From an uncultured Candidatus Poseidoniales archaeon (GTDB lineage Archaea > Thermoplasmatota > Poseidoniia > Poseidoniales > Thalassarchaeaceae), in the NCBI GenBank assembly GCA_902514485.1, contig CABXQY010000001.1:1-60726 (forward strand): DNA of 60,726 bases. Reading direction: 5' to 3'. The notes below the pieces were generated by a model. The model saw only the letters and a program-made list of their open reading frames with translations. It searched no databases and was not told the origin of the DNA. Both the position numbers and the translations under genes were made by a program. Position 1 is the stretch's first letter. The number at the start of each line of letters is the position of its first letter. Positions 52,629 through 60,726 of the stretch are shown here, one piece after another.

Positions 52629-53477
52629 TCAAGGTTCAGTAGTAGGATCCCAACCCGAAATATAGGATTCTTCAAGCAAATTAAATTCTTTTTCAAAACC
52701 TGATATATCAAAATTTAATGATTGTAAATTTTCTATTATTCGATTAGGATTACTCGATTTAGGAATTGTAATTGCACCTGTGTCATAAACCCACTTTATT
52801 GCGGCTTGAGCAGGGGTGCAGCCTATCGAATTAGCTATTTTCTCTATATTGACATCGTTTACTTTTTGCCCTCTTGCTAATGGAGAATACCCCATCGGAA
52901 TAGCACCAATATCGATTGTAGCTTTTCTCAACTCAGGCCTTTGTAACCAAGGGTGGATTTCTATTTGATTAACTGAAGGTAAGATTGTCGCGTAATCACG
53001 CATATCTCGAAGATGCGCTGCCCCATAGTTAGAGACGCCGATTGCACGCGTTAAGCCGATTTTCATACATTCTTCCATTGCATTCCATACATCTCCTCGA
53101 GTAGAAATATCTTCAGGAGGCGCATGAACAAGATAAAGATCAATATAATCGAGACCTAAAATTGCTAAACTCTCGCGACATTTCTGCAGTGTTTCATCAT
53201 ATCCAGTTGCATGTACTCTTCGTAATTTAGTAACTATAAATATCTCTTCTCGAGGAATGCTAGATTCACGTATAGCTTCACCAACCGCTTCTTCGTTACC
53301 ATAAGCAGTTGCAGTATCAATTAATCTATATCCTTGATTAAGTGCATGTATGATAGATGACTTACATTCATTTTTATCCATCTGCCAGACACCTAAACCG
53401 AATCTTGGCATTACTATTTCAAAAAGTTTTGAACCATCTTCAACATCGGTATGACCTATCGTCACACTATCTACCAT
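52629..53477 (-). CDS. Aldo/keto reductase (2,5-diketo-D-gluconate reductase-like)
   Basis: Matching blocks: GLGVWQ, IDTATAYGNEEAVGEAI, FIVTKL, LDYIDLYLVHAP, IGVSNY, NQIEIHPWL and IPKSSNPNRI. Confidence 0.9.
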   Translation of the reverse strand: MVDSVTIGHTDVEDGSKLFEIVMPRFGLGVWQMDKNECKSSIIHALNQGYRLIDTATAYGNEEAVGEAIRESSIPREEIFIVTKLRRVHATGYDETLQKCRESLAILGLDYIDLYLVHAPPEDISTRGDVWNAMEECMKIGLTRAIGVSNYGAAHLRDMRDYATILPSVNQIEIHPWLQRPELRKATIDIGAIPMGYSPLARGQKVNDVNIEKIANSIGCTPAQAAIKWVYDTGAITIPKSSNPNRIIENLQSLNFDISGFEKEFNLLEESYISGWDPTTEP

Positions 53478-53550
53478 GATAATCGGTTCACGTACTAAAC
53501 TTGAGTCATTCGACGTGCTGGTTTGAAATCATTGACCTTCTCGAGAGTAC

Positions 53551-55092
53551 ATGGGCGAGTTGCCGGAAGGCGTGGAATTACCACTGGCTAGTGTGGCAAT
53601 ACCAAGACCATCTGCATCTCTAATTATTAGTAGAAATAATTCTGGAAAGGAAGAAATATTATTGTGCCATCGTGTATCAGAAGTTCCTTCTTTCCCTGAT
53701 TTCTGGGCGTTTCCTGGAGGGGGAGTTAGCAGAGTTGATAGAAAAGTAGCAGAGGAAAATCCTGATTGGTTATCCCATACTGAAGACCCAGTTTCGACTA
53801 TTACTTTACTAAGAGAATTAGTTGAAGAAGTTGGTTTCGCACCTGATGGTGAAGGGTCACTAGAATTAGTAGATGAAAACATACAAAATAGTGTTTGTGA
53901 AGATAAAAATACATGGAGTAGTTTCGTTAAACAAAATTTACTCAAAATTGAAAATTTTAACTCGCAAATCGTTGCTGAACGTACTATGCCTCCTTTGGCT
54001 CCTGTTCGATTCACAAATACTTTTCATCATTTATCTATAGGTGACTCTAAGATTGAGCCACGATTCCCCGAGGGATTATCTGAATTTGATGAATATAGAT
54101 GGTGGCAACCTAAAGAGTTACTAGATTTTTGGTTAAAAAATGAAGTAAGATTACCCCCTCCACAAGTTACTCTAACAAGAGACATTGTTCAAGCAATTAA
54201 TGAACGAGGAGATTTAATCTCAGCATTTGAAAAGTTACATGAGAATTCATCAAAAGGGTACCATATCTTAGAATTTGCACCAGGAGTTGAATGTTTACCC
54301 TTACCAACTCAAACTTTACCTCCTGCAACACATACTAATTGTTACGTTTTAGGAGTCTCTGGAGGAGAAAGAATAATTGTAGATCCTGCTGCAAAAAGTA
54401 AAGAGGCTCTAGATACATTGAGGAATAAAGTCAGAGAAATAGAAAGTACAGGAAGCAAAGTTATTGCAACAATATTTACACATAAACATCCTGACCATAT
54501 TGGAGACTTGGAAAATATCTCAAAGATATATCAAGCACCCATATGGGCGAGTAAAGAGACATTGGAAATAATTCCTAAATGTGAATCGAATATAATTCTG
54601 AAAGAAGGATATGAATTCAATTTAATCGGAAAGGGAGAATCGATACCTTGGAGCATAATAGAAACTCATGGGCATTGCCCCGGACATATCTGTTTGGTAG
54701 GAGATGCAGGTATTATTAGTGGAGATAATGTGACAGTCATAGGAACTATTCTAGTACCATCAAGTGATGGAGATATGAATCAATACTTAGAAGGATTAGA
54801 AAGAATCAAAAATCTGAATCCACCATTATTATTCCCAGGGCATGGTCCATTTTCAGCAAATCCTCAGAGACTACTAAACAGATATATTACTCACAGAAAT
54901 GATAGGCACATGTTAGTATATAATGCTGTGAAAAATAATAATAAAGAACTCGCATCGATTGCTAAAAAATCGTATGAAGATACTCCCGATGCACATCCTG
55001 CCTTACTAATCGATCAAACATTATCACATCTTAAAGGGCATATTAAATCAGAGAACATTAGAGAAGAAGATGGGAGATATTACATAAATTAG
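53551..55092 (+). CDS. Nudix hydrolase domain fused to an MBL-fold metallo-hydrolase domain
   Basis: The Nudix box is WAFPGGGVSRVD...TLLRELVEEVGF. The C-terminal half carries the MBL motif FTHKHPDHIGD plus the downstream ETHGHCPGH and GH. Confidence 0.8.
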   Translation: MGELPEGVELPLASVAIPRPSASLIISRNNSGKEEILLCHRVSEVPSFPDFWAFPGGGVSRVDRKVAEENPDWLSHTEDPVSTITLLRELVEEVGFAPDGEGSLELVDENIQNSVCEDKNTWSSFVKQNLLKIENFNSQIVAERTMPPLAPVRFTNTFHHLSIGDSKIEPRFPEGLSEFDEYRWWQPKELLDFWLKNEVRLPPPQVTLTRDIVQAINERGDLISAFEKLHENSSKGYHILEFAPGVECLPLPTQTLPPATHTNCYVLGVSGGERIIVDPAAKSKEALDTLRNKVREIESTGSKVIATIFTHKHPDHIGDLENISKIYQAPIWASKETLEIIPKCESNIILKEGYEFNLIGKGESIPWSIIETHGHCPGHICLVGDAGIISGDNVTVIGTILVPSSDGDMNQYLEGLERIKNLNPPLLFPGHGPFSANPQRLLNRYITHRNDRHMLVYNAVKNNNKELASIAKKSYEDTPDAHPALLIDQTLSHLKGHIKSENIREEDGRYYIN

Positions 55093-55169
55093 TCATGTAA
55101 GTCTAAATTCCGGGTCAATATTGAATAAGTAAGTATTACTAGAAAGGGTATAAAATAGGAGATTTTACA

Positions 55170-56231
55170 ATGCCAGACGACAGATGGTGGGACAAGGGAG
55201 GATCCGAAAAGGAAGAACTTGGTTCTAAAGAAGAAGTAGAAGAAATGATGAACCATACTGAAATGATGAACATCAAAAGAGAAGAAGAAATGGCACAAGC
55301 ACAGCATGAGTTCAATATGAGTAAGATGAATCAAGAAATGCTGGAAACAAAATCTGGAAGCCCTACTCCTGCAACGATAAATCAAGGCGCTATGATGAAT
55401 CAAACAGAGAAAGAAGGTCCATTTAGTTGGATGACAGATGACCCAGGATATCTTTTTCTAGCAATTATTGTTTCTTTGGGACTTGTAGGGTCAATTGTTG
55501 CTTCAATATTGATACCAGATGTTGAGGACATTTGGGGGACGGCTGATGGTACCGTTTTAGAAGGCACTGAATGGTGGGAGTGGGAAATAGAGGAAGAAGA
55601 TTGTCTATACGATGATTATTACGATGAATACTACGACTGCATATACTATTACACATATGATTGTGGAGCAGATGTCATCTATAATTACTCGATATTAGGA
55701 ACAGAATACATTGGCGAAGAATTTGATTGGTTCCTAGGAAATTGGGACGATTATTGTTTAGAAATTGTTGAGAATGACACATTACCATTGGGTCACCGGG
55801 TCACGGTTTGGTACAAGCTTGATGATAATGGAATTAGTCAAATGGAAACACCCAATGATGATGGTGCTCTTTTTGCATTCTTTGGACTGTGTTGCTTACT
55901 CCCCATTTTGCTAAGTTTACTATTCTTCATGTATTTTGAAGGGAATAATGACCAATATGAAAGTGCTGGATCTAACGGCAGTAATGAGGTTCATCATTAC
56001 CACCATGGGGGAGGAATAATGGGTGGAGTGTATTATGGAAGCCCATGGTATAGGAGACCATGGTTCCATCGTCGAAGAAGTCGAAGGAGGGTACGAATCT
56101 CAAGCGGCAATCGTCGCTCAAGTGGTGGCAGTCGCAGATCAGGTGGTGGCAGTCGCAGATCAGGTGGTGGCAGTCGTAGATCAGGTGGTGGCAGTCGTAG
56201 ATCAGGTGGTGGCGGAAGAAGATCTCGTTGA
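55170..56231 (+). CDS. Orphan two-TM membrane protein with a Met/Glu-rich N-terminus, a Tyr/Asp/Cys-rich loop and a C-terminal (RRSGGGS)n tail
   Basis: The ORF has an AGGAG 7 nt upstream of the ATG. Two hydrophobic segments (LFLAIIVSLGLVGSIVASILI and ALFAFFGLCCLLPILLSLLFFMYF) are present, and the tail is encoded by a 21-bp tandem repeat. Confidence 0.5.
   Translation: MPDDRWWDKGGSEKEELGSKEEVEEMMNHTEMMNIKREEEMAQAQHEFNMSKMNQEMLETKSGSPTPATINQGAMMNQTEKEGPFSWMTDDPGYLFLAIIVSLGLVGSIVASILIPDVEDIWGTADGTVLEGTEWWEWEIEEEDCLYDDYYDEYYDCIYYYTYDCGADVIYNYSILGTEYIGEEFDWFLGNWDDYCLEIVENDTLPLGHRVTVWYKLDDNGISQMETPNDDGALFAFFGLCCLLPILLSLLFFMYFEGNNDQYESAGSNGSNEVHHYHHGGGIMGGVYYGSPWYRRPWFHRRRSRRRVRISSGNRRSSGGSRRSGGGSRRSGGGSRRSGGGSRRSGGGGRRSR
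56119..56223 (+). repeat. 5 x 21-bp tandem repeat (caggtggtggcagtcgYagat) encoding SGGGSRR units
   Basis: Units at 56119, 56140, 56161, 56182 and 56203. Units 1-2 carry cgc and units 3-4 cgt. The first unit differs at one further position and the last is degenerate. Confidence 0.9.
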
Positions 56232-57109
56232 TTCCTGAATATTATGGAAGTGGAAAAATGGAAACACATTGGGAGGGAATTCCCAAACTCCCAAATTGCG
56301 AAGGTAAAGAAGATTGGATTAAAGTCTCAGAAAATGTTTCATTGAGAGTTTTTATATGGAAACCTATTGATGAGTCTCTTAGAAATTTATCACCAATAAT
56401 CATGGTTCCAGGGTGGGGTTCGGTTTTCGAGGGATGGAGGCCTTTAATCACAGAATGGGTTGGAAGAAGGCCAATAATATACATTGAAACAAGGGAAAAA
56501 TCAAGTGCTATTTTTGAAACTAAGATGGAAATAAAAGATTTTTATATGAGCAAATTCACCAATGATATAGCAGAAATAATAAGGATTCTCGATTTAAAAA
56601 ATGATTTGCACTTCTTCTCATCATCCCTAGGCTCCACAATATTAATCGACGGTATGCAATCTGGTGTAATATATGGGAAAAGTTCAATCTTTTTAGCTCC
56701 AAATCAAAGATTTATATTCCCACTATGGGCTAAAATTTTGATTAAAATGCCCTTACCAAATTTTACATTAAAATGGCTGATTAAAGCAGCAGTATGGGGC
56801 GTAGAAAGAAAAGTGAAAGAAGAAGGGCAGAAAATTCGTTATCGAAGAACACTATTGTCTCAAAATTTCGAAAGGATACGATTTTCTGCTAGGTACTTAA
56901 TGAAATATACATTACCAGATAATTTATCAAATATAATTATTCCATGCGCAATAATAACCGCTGATTCAGATAAATTACACGGTCTAAAAGATGTAGAGAG
57001 CATTGCTGACAGGATACCTAATTCAAAGATGATAAAAGTCCCATCTAATCAATATGCACATGAAGCGGATTTTCTCGAAGAGATTGAAGATTTTCATGAA
57101 TCTATATAA
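56228..57109 (+). CDS. Alpha/beta-fold hydrolase (tentative)
   Basis: IMVPGWGS (oxyanion-type block), a nucleophile-elbow-like FFSSSLGST, and a late D...H (ADSDKLH; YAHEAD). The likely true start is ATG 56258. Confidence 0.55.
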   Translation: MIPEYYGSGKMETHWEGIPKLPNCEGKEDWIKVSENVSLRVFIWKPIDESLRNLSPIIMVPGWGSVFEGWRPLITEWVGRRPIIYIETREKSSAIFETKMEIKDFYMSKFTNDIAEIIRILDLKNDLHFFSSSLGSTILIDGMQSGVIYGKSSIFLAPNQRFIFPLWAKILIKMPLPNFTLKWLIKAAVWGVERKVKEEGQKIRYRRTLLSQNFERIRFSARYLMKYTLPDNLSNIIIPCAIITADSDKLHGLKDVESIADRIPNSKMIKVPSNQYAHEADFLEEIEDFHESI

Positions 57110-57139
57110 TTACTGCACATAAGCCAAAGCGATTGCCTG

Positions 57140-59314
57140 ATGAAGGATGGCTCTTACCGGATAATGAAATACATGCGTGAACAGGCTTCATCTTTTGACG
57201 TGGCACGTATTGTGCGTGAGCTTTCAAAGATGATAGGCGCGAGAGCAAGAAAAGCATATCAACCGCATTATGAACAGGTCGTAATACGATTGAATCCCAA
57301 AGGTTCACCATCTTCTGATTTAGTAATAGTTAGTGGAAGGAGATTATATCTTTCTCAACGAGATAGACCTATGCCATCACAACCATCGCAATTTGCAATG
57401 GTACTTAGAAAACACCTCAATAATTCAAGATTAATAGAAGTGGAACAATTAGGGTTTGACAGAATTATTTCTTTGACTTTTGAGCATGGAAGTGGGAAAT
57501 TAAAGCTAATAATAGAACTATTTAGAGATGGTAATGTATTACTTCTGGATAATGAAGATATAATTATTCAACCATTAACGCATGCTAATTATGCCAGTAG
57601 AACACTGAAAAGAGGTGTCAAATATATTTCGCCACCACCTGCTATAGATCCCCGAGAAATCGATAGAGGAAAACTAGACCAACTACTCGAAGGAAGTAAT
57701 GATGATCTAATTAGAACATTAGCAGCAAGAGGTAATCTTGGAAGAATATATGGGAGTGCTATTTGTGCTTCGGCAGAATTAGATGAGAAACTAAATGCTA
57801 AGCAACTTGATGATAACCAAAGAGAAAAATTAGATAGTTCGATAAAGGAGTTACTAAATGAACTTGCTGAGAATCAAAGCAGTAGAATGTGGTTTAGCAA
57901 TAGTGAGGCGCTTAAATTATGGGATAATTCTGTAGACACATCCGATAAAGATAGTGCAGCAGAGGGTATTACGGAAATAGCACCTATAGATTTAAGATAT
58001 TTAGACCATGATTTGTCAATTGAAATACCCTCTCTATGTTATGGCTATGATTCTGTATTTGGACCTCATGACGCCTCAGCATTTATTCGAAGAGAAGAGG
58101 AAAAACTTGTCAGTATTGGACAGGATGAAGGAGAAAAAAAAGCGAAATTAGAGAGAAGAGCAGAACAACAAAGAAATGCGATAGGAAGATTCCTATCACA
58201 AGCAGCTATTAGTCAAGAATTAGGTAAAGCGATGCAAGAAAATTGGACGCATCTAGAACATATAATGAACGAATTTAATGAACAAATATCTAAACTAACA
58301 TGGCAAGAAGTTGCAGAAAAATCTAGAGATGTGCCGTGGATTGATAGGCTGAATCCAGAGAAAGGGACTTTTGTAGCATTTCTTCCAGATGAAGAAGGTG
58401 ACCCTGGATCAAGTGTTACTCTCCATGCCAATAAATCAGTACATCAAAATGCACAAAGATATTTTCAAGAGGCAAGGACCTTGAAAGATAAATCCAAAGG
58501 CGCAGAAAAAGCACTAAAGGATACTGAAAATTCTAAATCAAGGCAAGAAAAGAAGAAAGCAAAAGATGTTGCTGCTGGAAGAGTTAAAGGTCTTCAGAGA
58601 AGCAAGAAGTTTTGGTTTGAAAAGTATAGATGGGCAATTCTTGAGGGGGGACATATATTTGTTGGAGGCAGAGATGCTAGAGGAAATGATACAATAGTAC
58701 GTAAACACCTCAATTCAAATGATATTTATGTTCATGCGGATTTACATGGCGCGCCTTCTTGTTCACTGAAGTTAAAGGATGGATTCAGTCGATTAACAGG
58801 TATCACAAATCTACCCGAAGGAGTTATTTCATTACAAATTGCTCAGAACTTGGGGGAGAATGTAGAAGATGCTAGAGACCTAGATAAAAAAATACTCGCT
58901 CAGGCGGCTCAAATCGCAGTTTGTTGGTCCAGAGCTTGGGGTTCAGGAGGAGCAGCAGCAACTGCCTTCCATGTTAGACCAAGTCAGGTTTCTAAACAAA
59001 CAGAAAGTGGAGAATCACTTGGTAGAGGAAGTTTCGTAGTTAGGGGAAAACGTACATGGCATAGAGATTTACCATTAGAATTGGGAATGGGTATAGGAGT
59101 AATTAACGGAGTTCCATTACCAATCTGTGGAACTATTGAGGCAATTTCAAATATGTTCGAGAAATGGATTAAAATTACACCAGGAAGAGAAAAGAAAGAA
59201 TCAATTGCGAATAAGATTGCTAAGGCCACAGGACTTACTCAAGATGATGTTTTAGCATCTTTACCACCTGGTGGATGTACGATAGAAGACTATGGGGTCA
59301 TGAAAAAGACTTAG
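57140..59314 (+). CDS. NFACT-family protein (archaeal Rqc2/NEMF/FbpA homologue) with a DUF814 (NFACT-R) domain
   Basis: The N-terminal NFACT-N pattern is FDVARIVRELSKMIGARARKAYQP...LVIVSGRRLYLS, followed by a central coiled coil. The DUF814 block is GGRDARGNDTIVRKHLNSNDIYVHADLHGAPSCSLK. Confidence 0.8.
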   Translation: MKDGSYRIMKYMREQASSFDVARIVRELSKMIGARARKAYQPHYEQVVIRLNPKGSPSSDLVIVSGRRLYLSQRDRPMPSQPSQFAMVLRKHLNNSRLIEVEQLGFDRIISLTFEHGSGKLKLIIELFRDGNVLLLDNEDIIIQPLTHANYASRTLKRGVKYISPPPAIDPREIDRGKLDQLLEGSNDDLIRTLAARGNLGRIYGSAICASAELDEKLNAKQLDDNQREKLDSSIKELLNELAENQSSRMWFSNSEALKLWDNSVDTSDKDSAAEGITEIAPIDLRYLDHDLSIEIPSLCYGYDSVFGPHDASAFIRREEEKLVSIGQDEGEKKAKLERRAEQQRNAIGRFLSQAAISQELGKAMQENWTHLEHIMNEFNEQISKLTWQEVAEKSRDVPWIDRLNPEKGTFVAFLPDEEGDPGSSVTLHANKSVHQNAQRYFQEARTLKDKSKGAEKALKDTENSKSRQEKKKAKDVAAGRVKGLQRSKKFWFEKYRWAILEGGHIFVGGRDARGNDTIVRKHLNSNDIYVHADLHGAPSCSLKLKDGFSRLTGITNLPEGVISLQIAQNLGENVEDARDLDKKILAQAAQIAVCWSRAWGSGGAAATAFHVRPSQVSKQTESGESLGRGSFVVRGKRTWHRDLPLELGMGIGVINGVPLPICGTIEAISNMFEKWIKITPGREKKESIANKIAKATGLTQDDVLASLPPGGCTIEDYGVMKKT

Positions 59315-59969
59315 CAGTTAGTTTCTCCCATTCAGGAGCAGTTATCGCGTACAAAGCAGCGTCAACATATGTGCCATAGAGCAATTCTCTATCTTTTATT
59401 ATTCCCTCAAGCCTCATACCTAACTTTTCTGCAACTTTGCGGCTAGCATAATTTTCAACGGCTGCTTCAATTACAAAACGATGAATTTGGTTATTAGAAA
59501 TTAAATCATTAATCAAAGATTTGCAACAACGATTAACTATGCCTTTGCCGACTTTATCTTCAGATATCCAGTATCCTAATCCACATGATTTATTATCCCA
59601 ATCTATCCAATTAATACTAATAACCCCTACTAAATCATTATTTTCTTTTATTAGCCAAATACCTGAGCTCCCTTGAATACGATCTTTTTGAGAAATTTCG
59701 ATAAAGTCAAGTTGATCCTTAACTGATAGATTGTTATCAAGCCAGGGTAACCATTCCTTGAGATAATTCCTATTACTATCTACTAATGAGAATAATTCCA
59801 CAGCGTCCTCTGAGGTCGGAACAATGATTGATAATTCATTATCAACAATGATTATTGGAGATAATATGAATCCTAATCTATGAGGGTCATGATTGGACTC
59901 AGGTGAATCAGACATAGAAGTGCCTATCCGCTTTATTATTTGAATTTCTTGGATTAATTGGATTTTCAT
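59298..59969 (-). CDS. GNAT N-acetyltransferase, RimJ/RimL-like
   Basis: Matching blocks: LVGVISINWIDWDNKSCGLGYWISEDKVGKGIV and FVIEAAVENYASRKVAEKLGMRLEGI. The likely start is the internal Met (nt 59915). Its 3' end overlaps the NFACT gene by 17 nt in convergent orientation. Confidence 0.8.
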   Translation of the reverse strand: MKIQLIQEIQIIKRIGTSMSDSPESNHDPHRLGFILSPIIIVDNELSIIVPTSEDAVELFSLVDSNRNYLKEWLPWLDNNLSVKDQLDFIEISQKDRIQGSSGIWLIKENNDLVGVISINWIDWDNKSCGLGYWISEDKVGKGIVNRCCKSLINDLISNNQIHRFVIEAAVENYASRKVAEKLGMRLEGIIKDRELLYGTYVDAALYAITAPEWEKLTAKSFS

Positions 59970-60029
59970 ACAAAAAATCGGAACGGTCGAGACAGTAATG
60001 ATTCAAGAGTGAAACGCTATCGGACGACC

Positions 60030-60726
60030 ATGAGTGACCGGAATTGGACTTATGGGAATTATTTACAGTTAGAGGAATTACTAAGTCTTCAGGGCGATGA
60101 AAGAGGAATCTCATCGGATGAAATGCATTTTATTATAGTTCATCAAACATTCGAATTATGGTTCAAACAAATAATAAGAGAGCTATCTGAAGTAAGAAAT
60201 ATACTCTCTCAAGAGCAAGTACCAGAGAAAGATATTCCAAGAGCAGTTGAGCACTTAGGAAGAACTACTGAAATTTTCAAGTTGATGGGGGCTCAATGGA
60301 ATGTTATGGAAACCTTAACTCCACAAGGTTTCTTGGCTTTCAGAGATGGTTTAGGTTCAGCTTCGGGGTTTGAATCTTTTCAAATGAGGAAATTCGAGAT
60401 ACTTTTAGGACTAAAAAATGAAGATAGATTATTTGGAATGGACCCGATTGATACATTTAGAAAATTAGCAGGTAATAGCGATAATGATGCCGCCATACTT
60501 TCAGATTTAGAAGAAATAGCATCAAACCCATCATTAGAAGAATCATTAATGAAGTGGATTTCAAGAACTCCAATAATGGGTTCTATCTATGAATCAGAGA
60601 ATGACATCGAATCTGTCCAAAACTATGTCAATTCGCATTTGGCTGCGCACAAATCAATGGGTGATTCAGCAGCAGAGCGAATGTCAGGGTACGGCGTTTC
60701 AGATGTAGAAAAGGCGAAAATAAGGT
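60030..60726 (+). CDS. kynA: Tryptophan 2,3-dioxygenase, 3'-truncated by the window end
   Basis: My own translation from ATG 60030 gives MSDRNWTYGNYLQLEELLSLQGDERGISSDEMHFIIVHQTFELWFKQIIRELSEV...TPQGFLAFRDGLGSASGFESFQMRKFEILLGLK. These are the conserved TDO blocks (Y..YL.L..LL..Q; H.E..FI..HQ..ELWFK; F..FR..L...SGFQS.QFR.IE). Confidence 0.85.
   Translation, partial: MSDRNWTYGNYLQLEELLSLQGDERGISSDEMHFIIVHQTFELWFKQIIRELSEVRNILSQEQVPEKDIPRAVEHLGRTTEIFKLMGAQWNVMETLTPQGFLAFRDGLGSASGFESFQMRKFEILLGLKNEDRLFGMDPIDTFRKLAGNSDNDAAILSDLEEIASNPSLEESLMKWISRTPIMGSIYESENDIESVQNYVNSHLAAHKSMGDSAAERMSGYGVSDVEKAKIR

Noticed and set aside
53529-54014. 161-aa minus-strand ORF
   Set aside because: It is antisense to the Nudix-MBL gene, Ser-rich and without recognisable motifs. 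The plus-strand gene carries the Nudix box across this span.
56119-56223. Possible CRISPR-like or minisatellite array
   Set aside because: The units are contiguous with no spacers, only 21 bp long, in frame within a CDS, and there are no cas genes. It is a coding tandem repeat.
56033-56269. 78-aa minus-strand ORF with PPPDLRL repeats, and the 71-aa plus-strand alternative frame at 56023-56238
   Set aside because: Both are alternative-frame readings of the 21-bp tandem repeat. The repeat is in frame with, and terminates, the long 55170-56231 ORF.

Overview
AT-rich, gene-dense chromosomal window with about 47 protein genes and 2 tRNAs. I saw no transposase, integrase, CRISPR array or rRNA. The gene content is archaeal: ADH synthase and DHQ synthase II for the archaeal shikimate entry, a GHMP-type shikimate kinase, a Gar1-like protein, an NFACT/Rqc2 homologue, an HTH_10 regulator, and a tRNA-Gln with an A1-U72 pair. 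With the acidic secreted proteins, a 2167-aa FG-GAP surface protein and a bacterial-type gpsA, this suggests a marine planktonic euryarchaeote of the Marine Group II (Poseidoniales) type; that assignment is inference. Housekeeping blocks are a small/large/medium-subunit molybdo-flavo-FeS enzyme operon with XdhC nearby, a MoxR-DUF58 module, aroA'-aroB'-aroK-aroC, xth, a MacB/FtsX-type ABC pair, gpsA plus a GDPD-like gene, ahcY, acnA, korAB, an aldo-keto reductase, a Nudix-MBL fusion, a RimJ-like GNAT, and a 3'-truncated tryptophan 2,3-dioxygenase. The most interesting region is 24.4-32.7 kb. It encodes one single-lobe and one two-lobe protein whose sequence blocks match animal transferrin lobes, including the Asp/Tyr/Tyr/His iron ligands. 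The second lobe of the bilobal protein has most of these ligands substituted. Both proteins sit beside a PhnC/PhnE-family ABC importer, a PQQ-type dehydrogenase-like lipoprotein and a lipoprotein with six CYN.VSH...C modules. A 16-bp palindrome, TTTAGG-N4-CCTAAA, occurs four times at the promoters of this cluster and in no other intergenic region I scanned. I read this as a co-regulated, transferrin-like, probably metal (iron) uptake system. Second in interest is a Gar1-like protein fused to Arg/Asn/Gly repeats and two RanBP2-type zinc fingers, a eukaryote-like RNA-binding architecture. All functional calls rest on motif recognition by eye; no database search was possible.
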